Assembly: GCA_023388255.1 (NCBI GenBank)
Contig: JAEWGO010000006.1
Coordinates: forward strand, 836-64,835
Direction of reading: 5' to 3'
DNA: 64,000 nucleotides
Source: Pseudomonadota bacterium
GTDB lineage: Bacteria > Pseudomonadota > Gammaproteobacteria > Xanthomonadales > Rhodanobacteraceae
The translations under genes and the position numbers were made by a program. Shown in pieces: positions 49,806 through 59,406 of this stretch (positions are counted from its first letter, which is position 1; each line of letters opens with the position of its first letter). A model generated the notes under the pieces. It did not search any database, was not told the origin of the DNA, and saw only the letters and a program-made list of their open reading frames with translations.

Positions 49806-52800
49806 ATGACGAGTTTCGGGTTTCGGGGAAAGTGCGGGCGCTGGTTGGCGGGAGCGTTGCTGGCGTGTCTGGGCATGCCGGCCATCGCAGCTACCTACAC
49901 GGTGACCAACACCAATGACGCCGGGGCCGGAAGCCTGAGGCAGGCGATGCTCAGTGCGATAGCCAGCCCCGCAGCGGACACCATCGTGTTCGCGCCCTCA
50001 TCCAATGGCGTGATCACGCTGCAATCGGCACTGCCCGATCTGCTCGGCAGCGGCGGTGCGCTGACGATCACCGGCAACGGCGCCGCCAACACGATCATCG
50101 ACGGCGCCGGCCAGTACAGGCCGTTCAAGGCCGAGTGGCAGGACGGTCTGCGCTTCACCCTGCGTGGACTGACGGTGCGCAACGGCTTTGCCGACCAAGG
50201 ACAGGGTGGCGCCATCTTCATGCAGGGCGGCAACAGCACGACGCTACTCACCCTGGATGCGGTCGAACTCGTCGGCAACCTCGCCACCTACAACGGTGGC
50301 GCGGTTTATGTCTCCACTCCTGTCCGTATCGACGACAGCCTTTTCGCCGGCAACCGCTCGGGGACCTACGGTGGCGGCATCCATTTCGACGGGGGCCAAA
50401 CGGCGCGGGTCCGGAACACGACGTTCGACGGCAACGTGGGAGGCGTCATCTGCGTCACCGGAAGCGGCAGCGCGAACGATCCGGTGGCGCGCTTCGTCAA
50501 CGTGACCGCGACAGGCGACCGGCCGGGCGACGATGCGGTCCTCCGTATCGAGGGCGGAGCTCGCGCATCGCTCAGCAACTCGCTCATCGGCGGCAGCATA
50601 CCGAGCATCCGCCTGTATGACACAGGGGCCATTGAGCTTGCCACGTCGTTCAACAACGTGTTGAAAAATCCCCTCGATTCGGGCATCCAGGACGGCGTCA
50701 ACGGCAACCAGATCAATGTGATCCTTCCGTTGATCGGGCCGCTCGGCGACCACGGCGGCCTGACCCGGACGCTGCCGCTGCTGCCCGGCAGCCCGGCGCT
50801 GGATGCCGGCACCGAGGCGGGCGGAGACGTCCCTGCCGCCGACCAGCGCGGCGTTGCCCGCGTGGGCCCGCCAGACGTGGGCGCATACGAATCGCATGGC
50901 TTCAGCGTGGCCATCGGCAGCGGAAACGGCCAGTCGACGGCGGTGGGCACGCCTTTCGCCGAGTCGCTCGTGGCCGTGGCGACGGCGCTCGATCCTCTCG
51001 AACCGGTGGCCGGCGGCATCGTGCGTTTCAGCGCGCCGACGAGTGGCCCGAGTGCGGTCATCACTTCGCCCGACGCGACCATCGAGTCCGATGGCACGGC
51101 GCCGGCGGCGGCGATCGCCAACGGCGTGGTCGGCGGCCCGTATGCGGTCTCGGCGCGCCTGTCCGCCGCGCAGTCGGTCGATTTTTCCCTGACCAACGTC
51201 GCCGGTGCCTGCGGCGCGTTCGCGTTCCCCTACACGCTGGCCGGCGCAGACAACGCTGCTCGCGTGGCCGAGCTGCGGCAGGCCATCGAGTGCGCCAACG
51301 TCAATGCCAGCGACGACGAGATCGACCTCGGCGGCCACACGCTGGTCTTCGCCGATGCGCCGTACACGGATGCCAATGGCGCCAATGCGCTGCCGATCGC
51401 CACCAGCGTGCTCACCTTGCGCAACGGTGCGCTGGAGCGCGACGCTTCGGCAGCGGCATTCCGTTTCCTCGACGCCGCCACCGGCAGTGACCTGCGCGTG
51501 CGTGCGATGCAACTGCGCAACGGCGCGTCCGACACGGAAGGCGGAGCAATCCGCGCCGACGGCGCGCTGAAGCTGGAAGACAGCGTGTTCGAGGACAACC
51601 GCGCGGCAACGCTCGGCGGCGCGATCTCGTCGCATGCGATGACCAACATCTTCACTTCGCGCTTCACGCGCAACGTCGCTCCAGACGGCGCCGCGATCGC
51701 CGGCGGCGATGACGACGCGATTCCCGGCAGTGACGTGACCTTGGTCGCCAACTCGCGCATCGAAAACAACGGTGACGCCGCCAGCCGTTCGGTGATCTGG
51801 AACAAGAGCTACTTCGCGATGGTGGCCAGCCTCGTCGCCGACAACCACCTGAGCGCCGCGAACAGCTCGCTGATGTTCTTCCACGAAGATGCTGCCGTGG
51901 CGGAGTTTCGCAACGTCACCATCGCCGACAATACGGTGACCGGCGCGTTGTTCTTGCGAATGTCGGCGAACATGCAGTTGAACAACTGCATCGTCTGGGA
52001 CAACCAGTACGGCAGCCTCGGCGCGGTTTCGGCCCGCAACAGCATCCTGCCCGGCGTTCCCGCGGTGAGCGGCAACCTCGACCAGCCGCCCGGCTTCGTC
52101 GGCGCCGGTGACTACCACCTCGATTCCGGAAGCCCGGCGATCGATGCGGCCGACAACGGCTACGGATATCCCATCGGCGATCTCGACCAGAACCCGCGCC
52201 CCGTCGACGATCCGGGCGTGGCCGACACCGGCGTGAGCCACAACGGGGATCCGATCCTCGACATCGGCGCCTACGAGCGCCAGACCGCGTCCGCCGTGGC
52301 CGGCATCACGGTCACGCCGACCAGTGGCCTGATCACCACCGAAGCCGGCGGCACGGCGACGTTCACCGTCGTGCTCGATCGCTACCCGAAAGCCGACGTG
52401 ACGCTGCCGCTGTCCAGCAGCGATGTCAGCGAAGGCGTCGTCGCGCCGGCAAGCCTGATCTTCACGCAGGCGAACTGGAACCAGCCACGGACCATCACCG
52501 TGACCGGCATGGACGATGGCGTCATCGACGGCGACCAGGGCTACACGATCGTGACCGGCCCGGCGGGCAGTGCGGACCCGGCCTACGACGGCATCGATCC
52601 GCCGGACGTGTCGGTCGTCAACGAGGAAGGCGCGATACCGCAGCACCATCTCGGCGGCACCGTCATCGGCCTCGCCGGCAGCGGGCTGGTGCTGTCGTTC
52701 GACGAGGCGGGCGAAACCCTGCCGGTCGCCGCCGACGGCAGCTTCGTGTTCGCGGCGACGCTGGCGCAAGGCGCCACCTACACGGTCACGATCGCCGCGC

Positions 52801-53921
52801 AACCGCAGACTCCGGCGCAGGCCTGTGTCGTGGTCAACGGCAGCGGCACGATGGGCGGTGCCGACGTCGGCAACGTGGTCGTCAACTGCGGCGCCACCGA
52901 CACCCGCTCGATCGGCGGCAGCGTCAGCGGCCTCGCCGGCGGCGGGCTGGTCCTGCAACTCAACGGCGGCGGCGACCTCGCCATTTCCGCCAACGGCGGC
53001 TATGCGTTCCCGTTGCGACTGCTCGACGGCGCCAGCTACATCGTCACCGTGAAGACGCAGCCGCAGGGACAGTTGTGCACGCTCGACCACGCGACTGGCA
53101 CGGTGCAGGGTGCGGACGTCAGCGACGTCGACGCGAGTTGCGCGCCGCTGGCGGCGGAACTGCACCTGGGCGTCGACGACGGCCACGCGTTCGCCCGCTA
53201 CGGGCATGTGCGCGACTACTTCGTCACGCTCGGCAACAGCGGCAACGCTGCCGCCAATGGCATTCAGGTCGTCGGCACGTTCAGCGCCGCGTTCGACGTG
53301 GCGAACGTGCACTGGCAGTGCCTCGGCGGCGCCAGCCTGTGTGGCAGCGGCGGCGCCGGCGGCTTCTCCGATGCGGCGAACCTGCCGGCCAACAGCAGCG
53401 TGACCTGGATCGTCAGCGTGCCGGTACTGGGCGGCAGCGACGAAGCCGAGGCCACGTTCCGAGTCGACGTGGCGCCATCGCCGGTGGCGGCGAACGGCGC
53501 CGGCCTCTGGGATGCCGACACCGACACGCTGGTCATCTTCCGCGACGGCCACGACGTGCTGTACGGCGATGGCTCGCGCGCCCCCGAGCCGCTGCCGCTT
53601 TACGACGAGCGCAGCGTGCCGATCGAATGGCCGCCGGCCAGCGGCGAAGGCATCACGCTCGTGCGCACGCTTGCGACGCCGGAGGGTGACGTGCTGGTGC
53701 AACGCCTGACGCTCGGCAGCGCCGACTTCGTGCGCCTGCTCGGCACGGATGGCACGGGCCAGCAGCGGCCCAGCGACTGGGCGCGCGTCGCGGACGGCGC
53801 GCACCTCGCCGTCGCTCGCGTGGCGGGTGCGACGAACATCTCCATCGTGTTGCTCGAAGGCGCGGCACGCCCGCTCGCCGTGTCGCAGCACGTGGCCGAA
53901 CTTACGGGAGAACTGGAATGA
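49806..53921 (+). CDS. Large secreted multidomain surface protein: two beta-helix/choice-of-anchor-Q-type modules, Calx-beta-like domain, two Cys-pair Ig-like repeats, DUF11-like domain
   Basis: RBS GGAG, signal peptide, 'VTNTNDAGAGSLRQA', two 'SPA(L/I)DA...D(V/I)GAYE' modules, 'TTEAGGTATFTVVL...FTQANWNQP', 'GG(T/S)V.GLAG.GLVL' x2, 'LVIFRDGHD'. Confidence 0.85.
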   Translation: MTSFGFRGKCGRWLAGALLACLGMPAIAATYTVTNTNDAGAGSLRQAMLSAIASPAADTIVFAPSSNGVITLQSALPDLLGSGGALTITGNGAANTIIDGAGQYRPFKAEWQDGLRFTLRGLTVRNGFADQGQGGAIFMQGGNSTTLLTLDAVELVGNLATYNGGAVYVSTPVRIDDSLFAGNRSGTYGGGIHFDGGQTARVRNTTFDGNVGGVICVTGSGSANDPVARFVNVTATGDRPGDDAVLRIEGGARASLSNSLIGGSIPSIRLYDTGAIELATSFNNVLKNPLDSGIQDGVNGNQINVILPLIGPLGDHGGLTRTLPLLPGSPALDAGTEAGGDVPAADQRGVARVGPPDVGAYESHGFSVAIGSGNGQSTAVGTPFAESLVAVATALDPLEPVAGGIVRFSAPTSGPSAVITSPDATIESDGTAPAAAIANGVVGGPYAVSARLSAAQSVDFSLTNVAGACGAFAFPYTLAGADNAARVAELRQAIECANVNASDDEIDLGGHTLVFADAPYTDANGANALPIATSVLTLRNGALERDASAAAFRFLDAATGSDLRVRAMQLRNGASDTEGGAIRADGALKLEDSVFEDNRAATLGGAISSHAMTNIFTSRFTRNVAPDGAAIAGGDDDAIPGSDVTLVANSRIENNGDAASRSVIWNKSYFAMVASLVADNHLSAANSSLMFFHEDAAVAEFRNVTIADNTVTGALFLRMSANMQLNNCIVWDNQYGSLGAVSARNSILPGVPAVSGNLDQPPGFVGAGDYHLDSGSPAIDAADNGYGYPIGDLDQNPRPVDDPGVADTGVSHNGDPILDIGAYERQTASAVAGITVTPTSGLITTEAGGTATFTVVLDRYPKADVTLPLSSSDVSEGVVAPASLIFTQANWNQPRTITVTGMDDGVIDGDQGYTIVTGPAGSADPAYDGIDPPDVSVVNEEGAIPQHHLGGTVIGLAGSGLVLSFDEAGETLPVAADGSFVFAATLAQGATYTVTIAAQPQTPAQACVVVNGSGTMGGADVGNVVVNCGATDTRSIGGSVSGLAGGGLVLQLNGGGDLAISANGGYAFPLRLLDGASYIVTVKTQPQGQLCTLDHATGTVQGADVSDVDASCAPLAAELHLGVDDGHAFARYGHVRDYFVTLGNSGNAAANGIQVVGTFSAAFDVANVHWQCLGGASLCGSGGAGGFSDAANLPANSSVTWIVSVPVLGGSDEAEATFRVDVAPSPVAANGAGLWDADTDTLVIFRDGHDVLYGDGSRAPEPLPLYDERSVPIEWPPASGEGITLVRTLATPEGDVLVQRLTLGSADFVRLLGTDGTGQQRPSDWARVADGAHLAVARVAGATNISIVLLEGAARPLAVSQHVAELTGELE

Positions 53922-56464
53922 GCCTGCAGATCGCGAAGCCGCATGCGGATGCTTCGTTGCCGCCGCGTCGGTGGCTGTCGACGGCGCTATGGCTGGGCGC
54001 CGTTTACCTGGTCGGCGGCGCGATCGGCGCCGCGCAGGCCGCCACCTGCCGCGTCACCGCCGGCGGTGCCAGCGGCAACGACGGCAGCAGCTGGGCGCAG
54101 TCGATGGACCTGCCATCCGCACTCGCCAATCCGGCATGCGGCGAGGTCTGGGTCGCCGAAGGCGTCTACAAGCCAACGAGCGGCGCCGATCGCACCGCGA
54201 CGTTCGCAATCCGCTCCGGCGTCGCCGTCTACGGCGGCTTCGCCGGCAGCGAGAGCGGCCGCGACGAACGCGATCCGGCGCTCCATCGCAGCGTGCTGTC
54301 CGGTGACATCGGCGGCGACGACGTCGTCGATGCGCACGGCATAACCGCCAGCGCCGCCGACATTGCCGGCGACAACAGCTATCACGTTGCCAGCCTGGAC
54401 GATGCCTCTGCCGACACCGTGCTCGATGGCTTCACCCTCACCGGCGGACAGGCGAACGGCACCGATTCGATCGAGACGGGCGTGGGTGGCGGCTTGATCT
54501 GCAATGGCAGCGGTGCCGGTCGGGCGTGCAGCCCGAACCTGCGCAACCTGGTCGTCCGCGGCAATTCCGCGGCGGCTGGCGGCGGCCTAGGCTGCGTCGC
54601 ACAGGCGCAGGGACGATGCGATGCGGAGCTGGAAAACGCCGCGTTCGTCGGCAACGCCGCCGGCATGGGCGGTGCGCTGATGAACGCGGGCATCGACGCC
54701 GGTGTCGCCAGCCCACGTTTGCGCAACGTCACCTTCAGCGGCAACAACACCGAGCAAGGCGCCGGTACGTTCACCAACTTTGGCAATGGCGGCACCGCCG
54801 ATGCCACCCTCGTCAACGTCACCTTCAGCGACAACAGCGCGGCCAGTGGCGGCGCGGTGGCGAACTTGGGCATGGACGGCATCGCCAAGGTCACGATCGC
54901 CAACGCGATCCTGTGGGGCAACACGCCCGATGAAGTCGTCGCCCAGAACGGCACCACGACGTTGAGCCACAGCATCCTGCAGGGCGCCTGTCCGGCCGAA
55001 GTTAGCTGCACCGATACCGTCGTCGGCAATCCGCACCTGGGGGCGCTGCAGGATGGCGCGATGCCGGTGGTGTTGCCCGGCATCGACAGCGTCGCGCTCG
55101 ATGCGGTCGCCTGCGACGACGCCCCTGCCAGCGATGCGCGCGGCATCGTGCGCCCGCAAGGCACGCGTTGCGACGTCGGCGCGGCGGAAGTGCGCCAAGC
55201 CCATCTGGTCATCGACGTCAGCGGGAATGGCAAGGTCGCCGCCCTCGGCGCGCCCGCGCCGCTGGGTGCACCGATCGCCGATTGCCGGCAAGGCAGTGGC
55301 GACTGCAGCGCGTGGTATCGCGTCGAGCCCGACGCGCCTGCGGTCGCGCTGACGCTGCGCGCCGACGCCGGCCACACCCTGCAGTCCGCCAGCGGTTGCG
55401 GCGGCGCGCTTGCCGGCATCCTGTTCACGACCGCGGCGCTGCAGGGTGATTGCACGGTGGCGGCGGTGTTTGCGCCCACTGCACGGGCGATCGGCGGCAC
55501 CGTCACCGGCCTTGCCGGCAATGGCCTCGTACTGACACTCAACGGCAGCGAGAGTTTGCCCATCGCGGCCGATGGCACGTTCAGCTTCGACACCACGCTG
55601 ACCCAGGGCGCGGCCTACGCGGTGACGATCGCCGTGCAGCCGAGCCAGCCGTCGCAAACCTGCCTCGTGGTCAATGGCAGCGGCACGGTCGGCGACGGCG
55701 ATGTCACCAACGTGGTCATTCACTGCGGTGCCGCCGTCACCTACAGCGTCGGCGGCTCGTTGGGAGGCCTTGCGCCGGGGGCGTCGCTCACGCTGTCAAT
55801 CAATGGCGGCAGCGAGCTGACTCTAGCGGCGAATGGCGCGTACGTGTTTGCGCTGCGTTTCGCGCCGGGCGAGAGCTACCTGGTCGCCGTGGCCACGCAG
55901 CCGGTCGGGCAACATTGCACGCTCGGCAACGCCTCGGGCACGGTCGGTGGGGCCAATGTCACCGATGTCGAGGTGACCTGCAGCGCGGGTGGCGCACGCC
56001 TGGAGCTGTCCGTGACCGACCATGGCGACTACGCGCGCTACGGCCAGGTGCGCGACTACTTCGTCACCTTGGCGAACACCGGCAACGACAGCGCTTACGG
56101 CGTGGGCGTCGGCGCCGACCTCGACGCGGCCGCCTTCGATGTCGCCAACGTGCAGTGGGCCTGCGTCGGCGGCGCGCCCGGTGCGAGCTGTACCGGGCAG
56201 GGCGCAGGCGGTTTCGCCGACACCGCGACGCTGCTGGCGGGAACCCAGCTGGTGTGGATTGTCAGGGTGCCGGTTCGCGGCGACAGCGGTGCCGCCACGG
56301 CGACGTTCGCGGCGCACGCCGATGGCGCGAGCGCTGTGCAGGATCGCAACACGCTGGTCATCTTCCGCGATGGATTGGACGTGGCCTACGCCGATGGTGC
56401 GGGCGTCGTCGATCCTGCGCGCCGCGAGGCAGCGGACGCACACCGGTCCGAGGCAGGCGACTGA
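53918..56464 (+). CDS. Secreted choice-of-anchor-Q-type surface protein with a C-terminal cassette paralogous to the upstream gene
   Basis: ATGA overlap, signal peptide, 'GNDGSSW...VWVAEGVYKP...YGGFAGSE...LSGDIG', 'DARG..RPQGTRCDVGAAE', Ig-like repeats, 'LVIFRDGLD'. Confidence 0.85.
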   Translation: MSLQIAKPHADASLPPRRWLSTALWLGAVYLVGGAIGAAQAATCRVTAGGASGNDGSSWAQSMDLPSALANPACGEVWVAEGVYKPTSGADRTATFAIRSGVAVYGGFAGSESGRDERDPALHRSVLSGDIGGDDVVDAHGITASAADIAGDNSYHVASLDDASADTVLDGFTLTGGQANGTDSIETGVGGGLICNGSGAGRACSPNLRNLVVRGNSAAAGGGLGCVAQAQGRCDAELENAAFVGNAAGMGGALMNAGIDAGVASPRLRNVTFSGNNTEQGAGTFTNFGNGGTADATLVNVTFSDNSAASGGAVANLGMDGIAKVTIANAILWGNTPDEVVAQNGTTTLSHSILQGACPAEVSCTDTVVGNPHLGALQDGAMPVVLPGIDSVALDAVACDDAPASDARGIVRPQGTRCDVGAAEVRQAHLVIDVSGNGKVAALGAPAPLGAPIADCRQGSGDCSAWYRVEPDAPAVALTLRADAGHTLQSASGCGGALAGILFTTAALQGDCTVAAVFAPTARAIGGTVTGLAGNGLVLTLNGSESLPIAADGTFSFDTTLTQGAAYAVTIAVQPSQPSQTCLVVNGSGTVGDGDVTNVVIHCGAAVTYSVGGSLGGLAPGASLTLSINGGSELTLAANGAYVFALRFAPGESYLVAVATQPVGQHCTLGNASGTVGGANVTDVEVTCSAGGARLELSVTDHGDYARYGQVRDYFVTLANTGNDSAYGVGVGADLDAAAFDVANVQWACVGGAPGASCTGQGAGGFADTATLLAGTQLVWIVRVPVRGDSGAATATFAAHADGASAVQDRNTLVIFRDGLDVAYADGAGVVDPARREAADAHRSEAGD

Positions 56465-56526
56465 CGCCGCGGGAAGGTATTGGGGAAACGCACGGAGTCG
56501 GTCATGTGGCCATCCAGGGGGGATTC

Positions 56527-56712
56527 ATGAAAATTCCCGGTTGCCGCGCAAGCCATCTGTGCTGCTTGCTGATCATGTTGGCCGACGGTTTCAATGCGCA
56601 GGCTGCCGTGGCCGCAGCGATGCCGGTGAATGATCCGGCATCGCTGCTGGGCATCTTGCTGTGCGTGATGGTCGGCGGCGGTGCGGCAGCGATGCGCCGC
56701 GGCCGCCCGTGA
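56527..56712 (+). CDS. 61-aa miniprotein: signal peptide joined almost directly to a CTERM-like sorting signal
   Basis: Strong RBS (GGGGGGA) before ATG; MKIPGCRASHLCCLLIMLADGFNAQA-AVAAA-MPVNDPASLLGILLCVMVGGGAAAMRRGRP. Confidence 0.55.
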   Translation: MKIPGCRASHLCCLLIMLADGFNAQAAVAAAMPVNDPASLLGILLCVMVGGGAAAMRRGRP

Positions 56713-56809
56713 GCGGCGCTCCCGTGCGATGCGACGTTCCGCAATCGGACTCGTCGAGGCTTGCGCAAGCGGGCGTTGCATGCGGCCCGGGCAGTGGCGG
56801 AAAACGCAA

Positions 56810-57451
56810 GTGAGAATCCGCGGGTGCCGGCTTGCGCTGATCCGTTGGCTGCCGCTTCTGCTCCTGGCGATGCCGGTGGTCGCGCACGATGGCCCGACGA
56901 GGAATCGCGTCGACGGCAGCACAGGCGCGCGGCTCAGCGCCAACATGTTCGTGGTGCAGGCCGGTACCGCGAGCCGGCCGGTCGTATACGACATCCGATT
57001 GGTCAACAGCGGTGTCGGCGACCAACAGGACGATCCGGCCAGTGACGAGCTCGTCGACGTGCTGCCACCGGAATTGGCGCTGCGCATCGCCGACGCCGAC
57101 AGCGGCGCACTCACCGTCGATCTCGCCGGCAACACCGTGCGCTGGAACGGCGCGCTGGTCGCCGGTGCGCCGGCGGTGAGGCTTCGCATCGAGGCGGATG
57201 TGGTGGTCATGCAGCCGATGACGATCCGCAATCAGGCGTCCGTTTCCTACGATGGCGATGGCGATGGCCGCAACGACAGCACGGGCCTGTCGACCGATCC
57301 GTCGCAATCCGGCGATGCCGTGCCCACGGCCTTCCGGTTTCCCGGTGCCGGAGCGGCGCCGAGCGAAGCGAAGCCGTCGCTTGCGGACGGCCGTGTGGCG
57401 TTGCTGTCCGGCGCGATCGCTGCGATACGAGGCCGCGCGTTCGACACTTGA
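56810..57451 (+). CDS. DUF11-like exported protein with a degenerate IPTL-CTERM-like tail (possibly a remnant)
   Basis: Signal-like 'WLPLLLLAMPVVA', 'VVYDIRLVNSG...VDVLPPEL...VRWNG...TIRNQASV', and tail 'PSLADGRVALLSGAIAAIRGR'. Confidence 0.6.
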   Translation: MRIRGCRLALIRWLPLLLLAMPVVAHDGPTRNRVDGSTGARLSANMFVVQAGTASRPVVYDIRLVNSGVGDQQDDPASDELVDVLPPELALRIADADSGALTVDLAGNTVRWNGALVAGAPAVRLRIEADVVVMQPMTIRNQASVSYDGDGDGRNDSTGLSTDPSQSGDAVPTAFRFPGAGAAPSEAKPSLADGRVALLSGAIAAIRGRAFDT

Positions 57452-57567
57452 TGCCGCGACGCATCGCGGGTGGCTCTGCCAGCCGCGCCGGCTATCATGT
57501 GTGGTCCGCACGCCGCCACCGCGAGTGTTTCGCGCCGGCCGTCCGCGTGCATAGCCGGAAGTTGCCG

Positions 57568-59406
57568 ATGAAATTGCCCGTTCCCTTCATCCAGTTGCCG
57601 CTGATGTTCGACGCGCAGGCGCTCGCCGCGGAAATCGCGCGGTTCGACGAACGCCTGTGGCAGCCGCATCCGAACGGTCTGCCCGGCAATTCGGCGTTGC
57701 CGCTGGTGACGGTCGAAGGCGATCCGGCGCGTGGCGACGATCTCGAAGGACCGATGCGGCCGACGCCTTCGCTGCAAGGCAGTCCCTACATGCAGCAGGT
57801 GCTCGGCAGTCTCGCTGCGGTGGTCGGTCGCACGCGTCTGATGCGCCTGTCCGGGCGCGCCGAGGTCGATCTGCACGTCGACTCGGACTATTACTGGAAC
57901 GAACGCGTGCGTGTGCACGTGCCGATCCTGACCCAGCCGACCGTGCGCTTCACCAGTGGTGACGCGACCATCAACATGGCCGCAGGCGAATGCTGGATCT
58001 TCGACACGTGGCGCATGCACCACGTGCTGAACGATGCCGACCTGCCGCGCATCCACCTCGTCGTCGACACGGTCGGCGGTGCGGCATTCTGGGATCTGGT
58101 CAACGCCGGTCGACCGCACACGGCGCCAAAGACCGATTGGCGGCCGCGTCTCGTCGCGCCGCAGCCGGATGCGGCGGCCCCCTCGATGGGGTTCGAATCG
58201 GTCAACAGCCAGTCGCCGATGAGCTACTGGGAGCTGCGCGGACACATCACGTTCCTGCTCAACGAAGCGGCGCCCGATCCGCGCATGAACATGGTCGCGC
58301 AGATCGCCGGCACATTCGTCCGGCGCTGGCAGACGCTGTGGTTCCAATACGGCACCGACGCCGCGGCCATGCCGCGGTATCGCGACGAACTCGACGAATT
58401 CATGGCGCGCATCGCGCCGGCCGCGAGAGGTCTCGTGCTGCGCAACGGTGCGGATTTTGTCGCCGCCGTGCAAGGGCTGTTCCGACGCGCGGTGCGCCGG
58501 CCGCAGGCGCCGAAGCTGGGCGAGGAAGGTGCGCGCAGCGCGCCGGCGACGGCAGCGGCCAAGGCACCGCGCCGCACGTTCGAACTCGAGCGTCCGGTGT
58601 TCATCGTTTCGCCGCCGCGTTCGGGTTCGACGCTGTTCTTCGAGACGCTGGCGAGAAGTCCGGATGCGTTCACGACCGGCGGCGAGAGCCACGGTCTGAT
58701 CGAAGGCATCGGCGCGCTCGACACCGGTGGTCGCGGTCACGCGTCGAACCGGCTCGATGCGACCGACGCGAGCGCGGCTGTCGTGGCCGAACTGCGCGAG
58801 CGCTTCCGCGCCGCCGTGTTCGATCGGCAGGGTCGCGCGCCGACGGGCACGCATGTGCGCCTGCTCGAAAAGACGCCAAAGAACGCCTTGCGTATTCCGT
58901 TCCTCGCCCAAGCCTTCCCGGATGCAACCTTTGTCTACCTGTATCGCGATCCGCGCCAGGTGCTGGCGAGCATGATGGAAGCGTGGGAATCGGGCGGCTT
59001 CCGCACCTATCCGAACCTGCCGGGTTGGACCGGTTTGCCATGGTCGCTGCTGCTGGTGCCCGGCTGGCGCGAGCTGATCGGCAAGCCGTTGCCGCAGATT
59101 GTCGCGACGCAGTGGGAAACGACGACGCGCATCCTGCTCGATGATCTCGAAGCGCTGGCGCCGACGCGCTGGAGCGTCGCGCGCTACGACGCGCTGATCG
59201 ACGATCCGAACCGGGAAATCGCGCGCGTCTGTGCGGCGACAGGTCTTGGTTGGGACCAATCGCTCGATGCTCGCTTGCCGTTGGCCAACCACACCGTGTC
59301 GGCTCCACGTGCGGACAAGTGGCGGCGACGCGAGGCGGACATCGTGCCGATGATCGAACGGATGGCGGCCACGGTGGAACGCGCCGCGCGCGTCGCGCAA
59401 CGCTGA
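57568..59406 (+). CDS. Fusion of an Asp/Asn beta-hydroxylase-family dioxygenase and a sulfotransferase (Sulfotransfer_3-like)
   Basis: N-terminal 'DLHVD...RVHVPI...FDTWRMHHVLN...RIHLVVD'; C-terminal 'FIVSPPRSGSTL', 'LEKTPKN', 'YLYRDPRQVLAS'. Confidence 0.9.
   Translation: MKLPVPFIQLPLMFDAQALAAEIARFDERLWQPHPNGLPGNSALPLVTVEGDPARGDDLEGPMRPTPSLQGSPYMQQVLGSLAAVVGRTRLMRLSGRAEVDLHVDSDYYWNERVRVHVPILTQPTVRFTSGDATINMAAGECWIFDTWRMHHVLNDADLPRIHLVVDTVGGAAFWDLVNAGRPHTAPKTDWRPRLVAPQPDAAAPSMGFESVNSQSPMSYWELRGHITFLLNEAAPDPRMNMVAQIAGTFVRRWQTLWFQYGTDAAAMPRYRDELDEFMARIAPAARGLVLRNGADFVAAVQGLFRRAVRRPQAPKLGEEGARSAPATAAAKAPRRTFELERPVFIVSPPRSGSTLFFETLARSPDAFTTGGESHGLIEGIGALDTGGRGHASNRLDATDASAAVVAELRERFRAAVFDRQGRAPTGTHVRLLEKTPKNALRIPFLAQAFPDATFVYLYRDPRQVLASMMEAWESGGFRTYPNLPGWTGLPWSLLLVPGWRELIGKPLPQIVATQWETTTRILLDDLEALAPTRWSVARYDALIDDPNREIARVCAATGLGWDQSLDARLPLANHTVSAPRADKWRRREADIVPMIERMAATVERAARVAQR

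Noticed and set aside
50244..53891. 1215-aa antisense ORF, and similar long shadow ORFs such as 24560-27148, 10373-12670, 45777-48167 and 43218-45260
   Set aside because: They lie opposite well-supported genes, have no recognisable motifs, and are expected in high-GC DNA where stop codons are rare.
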